Under the pieces are notes generated by a model. It was not told the DNA's origin, did not search any database, and worked only from the letters and a program-made list of their open reading frames with translations. The position numbers were made by a program, and so were the translations under genes. Positions 1-10,575 of a stretch of DNA of 64,000 nt are shown one piece after another. The stretch covers positions 434,001 to 498,000 of the forward strand of contig JAIVFI010000025.1 in assembly GCA_025558095.1 (NCBI GenBank), written 5' to 3'. The stretch's first letter is position 1; each line of letters opens with the position of its first letter. This DNA comes from Hyaloraphidium curvatum SAG 235-1. Lineage: Eukaryota > Fungi > Monoblepharomycota.

Positions 1-272
1 GCGAACTCGAGGCCATCGCCGACCCCGCGGCCCGCGCGGCTCGCAAGGAGGTCATCGACCGCGAAATCCGCGCCTTCATGAGCCCGCTGCGCACTGCCGA
101 GGCGTTCGACCTCGAGGAGCTGGTTGACCCGCGGAGGACGAGGAGCCTGGCGGTGCCGTGGGTCAGGAGGATGTACGAGGTGCGGCTCCCGCAGCTGATG
201 CACTTGGAGATGGGGAGGGCGGACGGATGGGGACCCAATGCGGTGGGCGCCAAATCGACGTACTTGCCGTGA
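1..272 (+). CDS. 3' end of a probable acyl-CoA carboxylase carboxyltransferase-domain protein (partial)
   Basis: Open frame from window edge: ELEAIADPAARAARKEVIDREIRAFMSPLRTAEAFDLEELVDPRRTR, resembling the 'A..F.ide.IDP..TR' tail of carboxyltransferases; stop TGA at 270-272. Confidence 0.6.
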   Translation, partial: ELEAIADPAARAARKEVIDREIRAFMSPLRTAEAFDLEELVDPRRTRSLAVPWVRRMYEVRLPQLMHLEMGRADGWGPNAVGAKSTYLP

Positions 273-320
273 TCGGGAGGAAAGGAGAGTCTATAGAGGT
301 TTTACAATCGTCTTTCAAAC

Positions 321-2015
321 TCATGCCTTGATCGGCGTCAGCACTACGCGGACACCGTCCTTGGCTTTCAGTGTGCCAGTGAAGAGCACCTTGAAGGTCC
401 CAACGTCCGGTTTCCACTCGTACCGCCGAACGAGCTCGGCCGTCGCCATCCGTCCCTCGGCCAGAGCGAGACGCTCTCCAGCACACCGACGAGCGCCGTT
501 GCCGAACTGTTTGCGGGGCAATCAGTTTCGCTGACCAACCAGACCAAGGGCCAACTCACGGGAGCGTAGGCAAAGAAGTTCACGGCGCCGCCGTTGGGGT
601 CGTCGAGGAACCTCGAAGGATCCCACTTGTCCGGGTTCGATTTCCAGAAGCGCGGGTCGGTCTGCGCCCCGTACACGAACGGGAGCACCTGGTCGCCCTT
701 GCGGAACTCGATCGTGGCGGGCTTGCCCGTGGCCGTGTCGGTGTACTCGTACACGAGGTCGCGGTTCATGACGCGGCCACCACCGTACGGTGCGGATGGG
801 TACAGACGCAGCGTTTCTGCACGGATGGTGAGCCAAGAACGAGGCGAACAGCGCAAAGCAGCTCACCCTTCAAGCAAGCGTTGAGGATCGGCATGGCTTC
901 CAGCTTCTCGAGGTTGGTGATGAGCTCGCCGGCTCCCGTTGCGGGGCCGAAAGCGTCTAGGACCTCGGCGCGAAGCTTGGACTGCCAGTCAGTGTTCACC
1001 GAAAGCTCGTGCGCCATAAACGATAGAAGCGCGGCGGTGGTCTGCAGACAGCTCAGTCAACGGAGGTAGAACTGATTGCTGCGGAATGACCCACGTCGTG
1101 ACCCGCAAAGAGCAACGTCACAAGCTGCCTGACAATCTCGTCATCCTCCTTGAGCCAATCTGGTACCTTTGCGCTCCTGAAGAAATCGTCCAGGATCGAG
1201 ACCCTGTCCGGATCCTCGCCCCTCTTCCGCCTTGCGACGTTGCGGAGCACGAGCTGGTTGATCGCATCCATGTCCGATTCGTACTGCTTCACTATCTTCG
1301 GGAAGAGACTCCAGATTGGGCGAGCGAAAGTGGCTTGGAGCGCGCTAAGCAGCTGCGACAGGCCGAGCACGCCGTCCCAGGCCTTCAGGTAGCGTTTCCC
1401 TTCCTCGGTCGTCTGGGCGGCCACCGCCTCGCCAAACACGAGCCGGCACACGACGTCGAACGTGAGGTTATTGAACAAAGCCTGCAGCTCGACTTTGCCG
1501 CCGTTGGCCGCCCGTTCCTTTTCCACCCTATCCAGAAAGACCGCAAACTGCTCTCGCATCACAGGGAGATAGCTCCGGATAGCGGGTGCCGCAAAGGTCT
1601 TGGTTCCGAGGTGTTCCCGAGCCTCCCTCCACTTCTGCCCGTTCGGCATCAATATGAGACCACCTGCATGCCGCCGAAGGATCTCGGCGTAGGGATGGGA
1701 GCGGTCGAAGGCCTCCCAGAGCGGTCCGGCGAACACCTCGCGCAACACGGCGGGGTCTGCGACGAGCACAGAGCGGGACCACGGCTTGAAGATGTTGTAG
1801 ATCCTGAGAACGGGCGAACCGAGCTCGCGAATGGTTTCCTTGTGATAGTCGTGGCTATCTCCCAAGCGAGAAATCGGAACCTGCCGAATGAACGGGATCG
1901 AGACGAGCGTCGGAACGCCATCTCTGAAGCTGAGGTATCGCCGGCGGTAGAGCTCCGCGAGAAGAAACAGGACCGAAATGCCGAGCGTCAGACTCGTCCA
2001 AAATGACGCTTCCAT
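321..2015 (-). CDS. Cytochrome P450 (4 exons)
   Basis: N-terminal TM anchor, I-helix FAGHD|TT, ETLR (ExxR), DPSRF (PERF-like) and heme motif FGNGARRCAG reconstituted across a 53-nt GT-AG intron (507-559). Confidence 0.93.
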
Positions 2016-2231
2016 CGTTCTCGAAGAAAGCTTTACGCCGAAACCGATGGCTTCAAGGACGAATCGAAAGTTGTCACCCAGACATGCGCGGGTAAACAGC
2101 CGATCCTGATTCCGCGCCGTCAGTGCCGATCACGCTGGCGGTCTCTTCTAGCTAGCCCGCGAGCGCACGCGCCTTGCTTGCCCAGGACTGTAGTATCAAG
2201 TCTCAAACCTGGTTGACTTTCTTCCGTTGCG

Positions 2232-3370
2232 ATGGAAGCTGTCCGCGACGCCCTGGCCACGGTCGGCCTGACTCCCGTCTCGGCCGCCGCGATTGCCGGC
2301 GTGGCCTACTCGTTGCTCCGTATCCGACGATGGGCGGCCGGCGGCAAGGTTGCTGCAGGTGATCTCAAGAAGGACCTCACCGGCAAGACCTTCGTAGTTA
2401 CTGGAGGATGCGGAGGGATCGGGATCGAGACCGTCAAGCAGCTCGCTCTGCAGGGCGCGACGGTGGTTGCTGCGGCCAGGGACTACCAAAAGAGCCACGA
2501 CTATCTGAACGCGATGCTGGCGACGCTACCGCCTACTCTGGCCGCGAACGTTTCGTTCGAGGCGATCGACCTCGCCGACCTGGACTCGGTGCGGGCGTTT
2601 GCGAAGCGCTACATCGACAGCGGCCGGGACATCGACGTCCTCATCAACAACGCGGTTTGTTGAGGGAGGATACAGAGAGCTTTTCGGGGACTCATGTTGC
2701 TCTTTTGCAGGGCATCATGGCGCTGCCCGAGCGTGCGACGTCGGCACAGGGCTTCGAACTACAGATGGCGACCAACCATCTCGCGCACACGCTTCTCACC
2801 TACCTTTTGCTTGATGTCATCAAGAAGACGGCTGCGAAGAAGGGCGGAGCTCGGATCATCAACGTTTCCTCGGGGGCGCACCGTATGGGCGCTATCAACT
2901 GGGACGATTTCGAGAACGGGAAAAAGTACGTTCCCTGGAAAACATATGGGGACACGAAGCTGGCAAACATCATGGTGGCTGTCTCCATGGCTTGGAATGA
3001 GCTGAAAGGGACGGGCGTCGTCATCAATGCACTGCACCCCGGTGCCGTCAGGACGTGAGCCTTTCGCTTTGCTTGTCTCCAACGGGCGATTGACAGTCGT
3101 CTCGTCAGCGAGTTGGCGCGGCACTCGATGAAGGGCCGCGAATGGCTCGTTCCGTTTTTCCTGCCGCTCATCTACCTCCTGCTCAAGAGCCCGTGGGAGG
3201 GCGCCCAGACGACCCTGCACCTAGCCGTCTCGGACGAAGGCGGCATCGTGACGGGCGCATACTTCGCGGACTGCAAGCGCGCGGCGCTCATGGACAAGCT
3301 GGGGCAGAGCTCGCGACCCGAGGAGATCGAGAAGCTTATGGAGGTCACCAAGCAGAAGATTGGATTGTAA
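2232..3370 (+). CDS. Short-chain dehydrogenase/reductase, retinol dehydrogenase/WWOX-like (3 exons)
   Basis: TGGCGGIG Rossmann motif, INNA|GIM across an intron, YGDTK (YxxxK), LHPGAV, GAQTTL. Confidence 0.92.
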
Positions 3371-3425
3371 CACGGCTCTCTCCGCTCGCGCGCAATAAAT
3401 TGAGACTACTTTTGCGCACCTCTAT

Positions 3426-6016
3426 TCACTTGGCGGACAGGAACGACGCGATCCGCTCCCACATGCGCTGCATGATCGCCGGCTCGGGGACCATGTGCGT
3501 CAGGTTTGCCACCGGAAGCAGCTGCACCTTGTCCGACTCCATCGCGCCGGCCCGGAACAGGTGATCGACGAGCTGCAGCGAGTGGGAGAAGTAGACATTG
3601 TCGTCGGCCGTGCCTGCGAAGGACCAGCGGGCATGAGCAACGCCTCTACAGGCGCGCAGACGCCGAGCGAACCGTGAATGAGGAGCAGGCGCGCGTTCAC
3701 CTCGCTCCGGTTGAGCAAGGACGACTCGGCGTAAGCCTTCGTCGACGTATTCGCCGAATCAGCCAGATCCGGCACTCCCAGGTAACGCTCTGTGTAAGTA
3801 GTATCGTCTCCAGTGACGTTTCATTGGAGTTCCAGCAAGGTGATAGCGTCATGGACTCACAGAGCAACCATTCGGTGACCGGAGCACCCGCAACGGCGTT
3901 GGCAACCTTGAGCCTGCCGATCTTCTCGCCCTGAAAGAACGTTAACAGAGTCGAGCGCCGGAGGACGCGCAAGCCCACCAGCATGGCCATTGCCGCGCTC
4001 ATGTATCCGCCGTAGCTCCAGCCGTTGCAGCCCAAGATACCGTCCTTGGCCACGTCGACGACTCCCTGGCCTTTCAGGACGTGCTCGACGACTCCGCGCA
4101 CGCCGTCGCACTGGTCCATGACCGGAGCTGGGAATGCGAGAGCTTGAGTGCCGAGACAGCTCCATCCTTCGCACGGCACACACCTGTCAAGAGATCGTAC
4201 TTGATCGCGCGCTCCCACGCTCGTCCCCGTCCCGGCGTGCCCCTCCCGTCGAGCTTCACGACCACCGACCGCGTCCGATCCGCGAGCCACTGCAGCACCA
4301 GGTTCGGCAGGCACGCGTGCTGCACCTCGAGGTGGTGCGGCCCGCCGTAGACCTGGAGGATCACGGGCAGCCGCTCCTTGGCCGGATCGAACCCGTGCGG
4401 CCGGATGACGGCGGTCCAAAAGTCTTTCGGGGCCGGAAGCTGCTCCACGGTGACGTTTGGGGAGAATCCGGGAGACTCGGCGACGGAGGGGACCTCGAGC
4501 ACGGGCGAGGTGGAGGATGGGGAGCAGCGGAAGAGGAAGGTCCGCGGCATGGTCGCCAGGTCCGTACGAACGAGGGACAGGAACCGGCCGGTGCCCTCCG
4601 TCCCGACCAGCGCCGCGTCCTCCACGCCCTTCCCCTCGAACGAAGACACCCGGCGCGTCGCCAGCTTCCCGTCACCGCCGCGCGATACGGCAAACACGTA
4701 GTTCTCGGTCGGGTTCGGCCCGCCGCGGTAGTAGAGCGTCCCCGCATCCTCGTCGTAGCCCACGAGCTTGGTGTAGCCGGCCGTCGGCTCGACCCAGGTC
4801 TCGACCAGGGCGGCCGCCTTGCCGGAGCCCGGCGCCGGCAGCGAATACAGCCCAACCCTCCACCCGGGCTCCTCCTCCGTCGCGAAAAGGAACTTCCAGC
4901 CTGCCCAACCCTGAGGGAAGCCGGCGCCGGCTTGTTGGTCCCAAACGAAGCACGGGAATGCCTGATCGATGTTGATCCAGGCCTCGTCGCGCACGGCCAG
5001 GAGCTCCGTCATGGCGCCCGTGGCAAAGTCGGTGCAGACGAGCAGCTTCATGTCGGTCTGCTCGCGGTTCATGACCACCACGGCCAACGGCGAGGGAGCC
5101 CCGCTGTCCGCCGGCGCCCGCGGCCAGTTCACGTTGACGACGTACGGGTAGCGGTCCCAGTCGATCTGGAGCCAGACAACGTTGTCCTTTGAATCCAGCG
5201 AGACGACTCCGAGCTTGACGGCGGCGTTCTTCCGTCCGGGCCGAGGGTAGAAGAAGGGCTGCGGTGCCTTCTCGGGCATGATCGGATCCGAGATGTGGAA
5301 GACCTCGACTCCGTCGTTGTCGGTCTGCTGGAAGCACAGCATCGACGAGTCGGGCGAGGGCCAGTAGCCTGAAGAGCATCAGCTAGCGATCAACGCTTCG
5401 GCACCTTCGCCAACGCACCTGTAAACCTGTGCATCTCCTCTTGCGCGACGAATTCGGCGAGCCCGTTCGGTTTCGCTTCGGTGCCGCCAAACGTGAGCTG
5501 CTCCTCCACATTTCCGTCCAAGCTGACCCTCCACACGTCATTGTCCCGCACGAAAAACACGTAGTCGTCGGTGAATTTGGGGTCGATGGCCGGGCCCACT
5601 CCAGAGTCCGTACCCAACGGCCTGACCGACCCTGCACCGAGGTCGTAAAGGTACATCCTGCCGCTGAACACTGTCAGCACCGCGCTGCCCTCGCGGTTGG
5701 TCTGGTACGAGATGAATCCGCGCGCCGCGACGCGCATCCGCTCCAGCAGCGCCTTCTCCGCGGCGGACAGCTCGCCATCGGCGGGCTTGCCGATGAGCTT
5801 CTCTGGGCTGAGGATCTCCACGGCCTCTGCGGTGCCCGACGCGTCGGCCGGCAGCGCGACGCGGAACAGCGTCTGCCTGTTGGAGCGCGGGCCGCTGCGC
5901 AGGAACACCGCGTCGGCGCCGCCCGCGCCGGGGACGACGCGCACGCCGACGGGCCGCCCGGCGGCGAAGCGGCGCGTCTCGCTGAGGTCGCGCAGGAAAG
6001 TCGCGGGGACCGCCAT
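3426..6016 (-). CDS. Dipeptidyl peptidase IV / S9B family serine peptidase (multi-exon)
   Basis: AEFVAQEEMHRFT|GYW, YPRPGRKN, VYGGP, nucleophile GWSYGG, LIHG|TADDNVYF, C-terminal His (LTHMV); stop at 3426-3428. Confidence 0.92.
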
Positions 6017-6153
6017 GGCGCGTCTCTGCGACGCTGAGTGTTCACGGCCGTGCCTCTAAGTGATCGACGCACCCCGCGCACGCCAACGTCTCCCACGGCC
6101 GATCCCACCCGTAGCCGCGCCACCGAGGCTGCCGTCGCGCGCATTCAGTCGAG

Positions 6154-6663
6154 ATGCCTGCCACTATCTCGACCGGAAAAGGTGGGCGGGCCCTGAGGCG
6201 ACCGATGCGGCCATTGACGCGTCTCCCAGTTCCCCCGCCCTCCCAGCTCGTTCCTTCACCGCCCTCGTTCAGCAGCTCCATCCTGATGGAGGGCACGCCG
6301 CAGAGGCGACTCGTGGTATCTGGCCAGGTCGGCTCCATCCCCGGGGAAGGCGCCGGACCTTTCTCCGTGCCATCGGACTACTCGGGGCAGGTCCAGGCTG
6401 CATACCGCAACGTTGCGTCGATCCTTGAGGCCAACGGCATGGGCTGGGCGGATGCCGTGCGTACGGGTGTCTTCATCGTCGCTGGCGCCACCGCGGAGGA
6501 GACGACGGCGCGGATCGTGGAGTTTCGTCGCATCCGGGACGGCATCTTGGAGCCCGTCTTCAAGAACAGTACGCGGGGACCGCCTGCGAGCACCCTGCTC
6601 GTGGTTGCCGCGCTCGCAGCGCCCAACCTGCTCTTCGAGATCGAGGTTGAGGCTGTCGCTTAG
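6154..6663 (+). CDS. RidA/YjgF/UK114 family protein
   Basis: LVVSGQVG, Q...AYRNVASILEANG, PPASTLLVVAAL, LFEIEVEA; true start uncertain. Confidence 0.85.
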   Translation: MPATISTGKGGRALRRPMRPLTRLPVPPPSQLVPSPPSFSSSILMEGTPQRRLVVSGQVGSIPGEGAGPFSVPSDYSGQVQAAYRNVASILEANGMGWADAVRTGVFIVAGATAEETTARIVEFRRIRDGILEPVFKNSTRGPPASTLLVVAALAAPNLLFEIEVEAVA

Positions 6664-6935
6664 CTGGGTTGGGGTGTCCAATCTTCTCGAGATCGAAGTG
6701 GAGGCTGCCTGCTTGGCAGGAATACATTGAACTCTGTATCAGTAAGTCTTGAAGGGAATCTTTGGATTCACTAGAAGTGGTTCCTGTCGTGCGAAATCGG
6801 GGATCGAGGAAGGATGCAACTGGAAGCGCCAAGGAGTCGCCGCCGAGTGACCCCGCGCCGCGCCACCGCACGCAGGCACCTCACCCCCATCTTCGACGTG
6901 TCGCACCCCTTCGTCTGCCCGGATCTTGCCCAGCA

Positions 6936-8750
6936 ATGTCAAGGCGCGCGTCGCCCCGCAGCTCCGGGGCTGAATTAAATGCCGACGGCCTCCCGGGGTC
7001 TCCTTCGTCCGCCTTTTCCACGGCGGCCTTCAGCGAGCCGCCGTCGTCGCCGGACGCCGGGAAAACGGACAAGGGCCCCCGTGTGATGTCCGTCGACGAT
7101 CTCCGAGCCCTGGACAGCGAACTGCACGCGCTGGTGGACGCGGCGTGCGGTGCCGGCAAGAAGCGGACGGAGCGGCCTACGAATCTCGCCGTGACGGTCC
7201 TCGTCAACTGGGTCGCGGTGCGGCAGACCGTCACGAACTACAAGCAGCTCCAGCCCGGGATCTCCGTCGCGAACTTGCTCGGCAGGCAGAGCCATCTTTG
7301 GGGTGCGTTCCACATCCTACTTCATCGCGGCTTCAAAGTCGCTGATCAAGCGCATACTGCTTGTAGCATTCGGCTTCTGCAACGTCGACCGTCGTGACGA
7401 TTCTGGCTCTTTGCACCTAGATGGCATCCTCCGGCCGCACTGGCGATCTCTCTATTACCTTCTGCTGGCCATCGTGCACCGGAAGATCACCAGGCCGGAC
7501 TTCAACGACGAACTCGGCTTTCCTGTACCGGACGGGGCTTCGGAAGAAGATTGCCCCGCTGTGCTCCGAGCAATCAAGGGGAAGTACCGTTCCAGGCTTG
7601 ACCGGGGCCTACAGATCAACACTGGGTGAGCCCCGACAGGCACTTCGGCCCATGGCATTGCTAAAGCGCTCCTCCAGCGCGTTTATCTCGTCTGACAAGT
7701 GGTCCAAGATCCAGAGTGCGCTCGATGTCTGGGCCGACCACGCCCCGGACCATTGGCGGGAGATGCTGGCCCGCCACGCGGCCGGAAACCCCTGCACGGA
7801 TCGGGAGATGTTCGAGTGGCTCGCCACCATGCCCCTGGTTGGCAACTTTCTCGGCTGGCAGATCGCCCAGGACCTCGTGATGCACTCGGGAGGCGTCGTG
7901 GTGAAGGACCCCGACTTCGTGCAGCTCGGTCCGGGGGCGAGCAAGGGTCTGGCAATGTTTGGGATGCAGAACAGGTTCTGGGATCTCCTGAAGAAGTGCA
8001 ACCGCGACCTCGCAAAGCTGAAGATGGAGCGGTGGCAGCGAAAGGACGAGGACGGCACGCGGGAGGTCGTGCCGTTCGTGCTGTCGGCAACCGAGCTGGA
8101 GCACGTCCTGTAGGTCTGCCTTTGCTTCCTCTACCCATCATCCTGAAGGGTCCTTCCAGATGCGAGATCCAGAAGTACGTCAGGGTGGTCTCTCGTGGCC
8201 CCGTGCCGGATGGGACAAAGTTCAAGTCCGGCACAAAGGTGCCGGTCAAGCCGAAGCTCGCGCGCGAATTCAGGGAGCACTACGGCATCGATGATTCGGC
8301 TGCGCCTCCCAAGGGGAAGAAGAGGAAAGCTTCGGTGGTCGACAGCGACGCCGAAAGCGAGGACACCCTCGTCGCAACCCCAAGCAGAACGAAACGGCAG
8401 CGCAGGATGCTGAAGAAGGACCTGAAGAAGGAACTGCACGTCACGACAAAGGGCGATCGGACACGCCCCCCGGCATTCAAGCAATCTCCCTCCAAGATCG
8501 TGGCCAAGGAGGCCGCAAATGAGGACGGCATTTACGAGGTTCGCCTTTCGTTTCAACCGCGGCGTGTTGGCCATCAGCTGATCCCCTTCTCTAGGTTGAG
8601 ACCATCGTCAAGACTCGCGTGCGTCGGGGCGTCCGGGAGTTCTACATCAAGTGGCTTGGGTACAACGATGATACGTGGGAGCCGGAGGACCACCTCGGTG
8701 GATGCGGCAGGATGCTCAGGGCATTCAAGCAGGAGCATGGGCTTTGCTGA
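6936..8750 (+). CDS. aGPT-Pplase1-like (alpha-glutamyl/putrescinyl-thymine pyrophosphorylase clade 1) DNA-modification domain fused to a C-terminal chromodomain; 5 exons, ~530 aa
   Basis: Exons 6936-7302, 7367-7625, 7678-8109, 8160-8538, 8595-8750 join in frame (1593 nt) via four canonical GT-AG introns of 64, 52, 50 and 56 nt. Motifs FCNVDRRDD, TGAFI, VGNFLGWQIAQDL, DFVQLGPGASKGL, ELEHVLCEIQKY. Chromodomain IYE|VETIV...FYIKWLGYNDDTWEPEDHL. Confidence 0.85.
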
Positions 8751-8847
8751 GCAGTTGCTGTTTGATGTGCACGCGGCCGAATCTTGGGAATGCATCTCCG
8801 CCATTCCGACGTGCGACGCGATCGCAAAAAGCCGATCGCGCTACACA

Positions 8848-10392
8848 ATGAGCCCTCCGCCATTCGCCGCCGAAATTTTCAGCGGGCGTCCGGAATCGCT
8901 TGAAGAGCTGCGTCGTGGCGTCGATGACGCGCTTTCCGCGCTGTCTGGGGCGCCACCGCCGTCGGGACCACCGTTCGTCGGCTCGACCGCGGAGGAGCTG
9001 GCAGCGCGGTTCGAGCCGCTCTTTGAAAAGTCTTTGGATTCGCCGTCTTCTTCCACGGCCAATGCCATCCTCAAGGACGTTGTGGCGGCGTGTGTGCCGC
9101 CCTTCCATCCTTCTTCTGTGGCCCACCTTCATACGCCGGTCTTGAACTCTGCTGTCAAGGCCGAAGTGGTGATCGCGGCTCTGAACCAATCGATGGACTC
9201 CCTCGATCAAAGTGGCATCGCAACGGTGGCTGAGCTCCGGGTCCTGGATTGGTTGGCGAAGGACCTTGTCGGTCTCGAGGGACCCGCGGTCGGCGGAACA
9301 TTCACGTCGGGAGGTACCATGTCGAACTACTTTGCGACCCTTCTTGCACTCCATACCCACTTGACACGTGTTCATGGCTGGGATGTGCGGACGAATGGCC
9401 TGCCTCCCGAGCTGCTCCCAAAGCTCCGCGTCCTGACTAGCGGCATTTCCCACTTTTCTATCGAAAAGGCCGTATTGCAACTCGGTCTCGGAACTCGTGC
9501 CGTGGTGAAGGTTCCCGTGGATCCGAGCACCTTTCGGATCGACGTCGCAGAGGCCGAACGGATCGCTGCCGACCTGGTTGCCGACGGCTTAGTCCCGTTC
9601 CTCATCGTTGCGACAGCTTCCACTACCGACTTTGGATCCTTCGATCCCCTGGAGCCGTTGGCCGCCATAGCGCAAAAGCACAACTGCTGGTTCCATGTTG
9701 ATGCCGCGTATGGCAGCGCTTGCCTGCTGTCGCGCACTTTGCGCGGGAATCTTGCGGGAATCGGCAAGGCCTCGAGTGTAACACTGGACTTTCACAAGGC
9801 ATTCTTCCAGCCAGTCTCTTGTGGTGCTTTGCTCGTTGCGGACAGCTCCTGCTTCTCCCTCGTGACCGTCCTCAGCGATTATCTCAATAGTGAGGCTCGG
9901 TTGGACGCTGGTATCCCGGATCTCGTCAACTACAGCCTAATGACGACCCGAAGATTCGACGCATTGAAGCTGATTGTCTCCATAGCCGAGATTGGCCTGG
10001 ATGCGATGGCGAAAATGGTCTATCGCTTGTTCGAGCTTGCTCGCTGGGCCCACGACGAGATGTTGCGGAGGCAGCTTCATGGCAGCGATGCAGGGGACCT
10101 GCATCCTTTACACGAGCCCGAATTTGGCTGCCTTGTCTTTCGGTTCATCCCGCGCGACACGGAGGCGCCAATCGAGCTGGTTGATGCCGTGAACAAGAAG
10201 GTGCCCGAGACGCTCTTCGATCGTGGGACGGTGGTCCTCGGACACACGAAGGTGGAGGGGATCGGCAATGCCCTTAAGCTGACTTTGAACAATCCCGCGG
10301 TGCTCGAGGAGGAGCTATCCCGGGTCCTGGACGCGGTGCAAAGATGCGGGGGGGAGGAATGGGAGCGGATCATGGATCGAGCCAGATCTTGA
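8848..10392 (+). CDS. Group II PLP-dependent decarboxylase, L-2,4-diaminobutyrate/lysine decarboxylase (Ddc/DesA)-like, intronless
   Basis: AHLHTP, NQSMDSLDQS, FTSGGTMSN, HFSIEK, HVDAAYG, PLP-lysine motif SVTLDFHKAFFQP, TTRRFDALKL. Confidence 0.9.
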   Translation: MSPPPFAAEIFSGRPESLEELRRGVDDALSALSGAPPPSGPPFVGSTAEELAARFEPLFEKSLDSPSSSTANAILKDVVAACVPPFHPSSVAHLHTPVLNSAVKAEVVIAALNQSMDSLDQSGIATVAELRVLDWLAKDLVGLEGPAVGGTFTSGGTMSNYFATLLALHTHLTRVHGWDVRTNGLPPELLPKLRVLTSGISHFSIEKAVLQLGLGTRAVVKVPVDPSTFRIDVAEAERIAADLVADGLVPFLIVATASTTDFGSFDPLEPLAAIAQKHNCWFHVDAAYGSACLLSRTLRGNLAGIGKASSVTLDFHKAFFQPVSCGALLVADSSCFSLVTVLSDYLNSEARLDAGIPDLVNYSLMTTRRFDALKLIVSIAEIGLDAMAKMVYRLFELARWAHDEMLRRQLHGSDAGDLHPLHEPEFGCLVFRFIPRDTEAPIELVDAVNKKVPETLFDRGTVVLGHTKVEGIGNALKLTLNNPAVLEEELSRVLDAVQRCGGEEWERIMDRARS

Positions 10393-10575
10393 CTTCCTAA
10401 TGCTAGATCGTGACTTCTTATAGACCTCCCTACTTGAAGCTTGTCAATCCTTCGGCGGGTGATTCGACTCCTCAAGTTTTCTGTTTGTGGCTAAGGAGTT
10501 GGCGTCCCCACGACTAGTCTCCCGGCCCTGTCTCTGAAGCGAATCCTTGGCTGTGGACGGTCCATACCATCAGCG

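Noticed and set aside
8521-8750. Chromodomain as a remnant of a chromovirus (Ty3/Gypsy) integrase
   Set aside because: No RT, RNase H, integrase or LTRs nearby, and it is joined to the upstream exons by a canonical in-frame intron.
7699-10392. 897-aa ORF suggesting one fusion protein ending in the decarboxylase
   Set aside because: Chance read-through: it borrows exon 4 of the aGPT-chromo gene, crosses an intron and the chromodomain exon out of frame, then enters the decarboxylase, which has its own ATG at 8848. A rare intron-retention fusion cannot be fully excluded.
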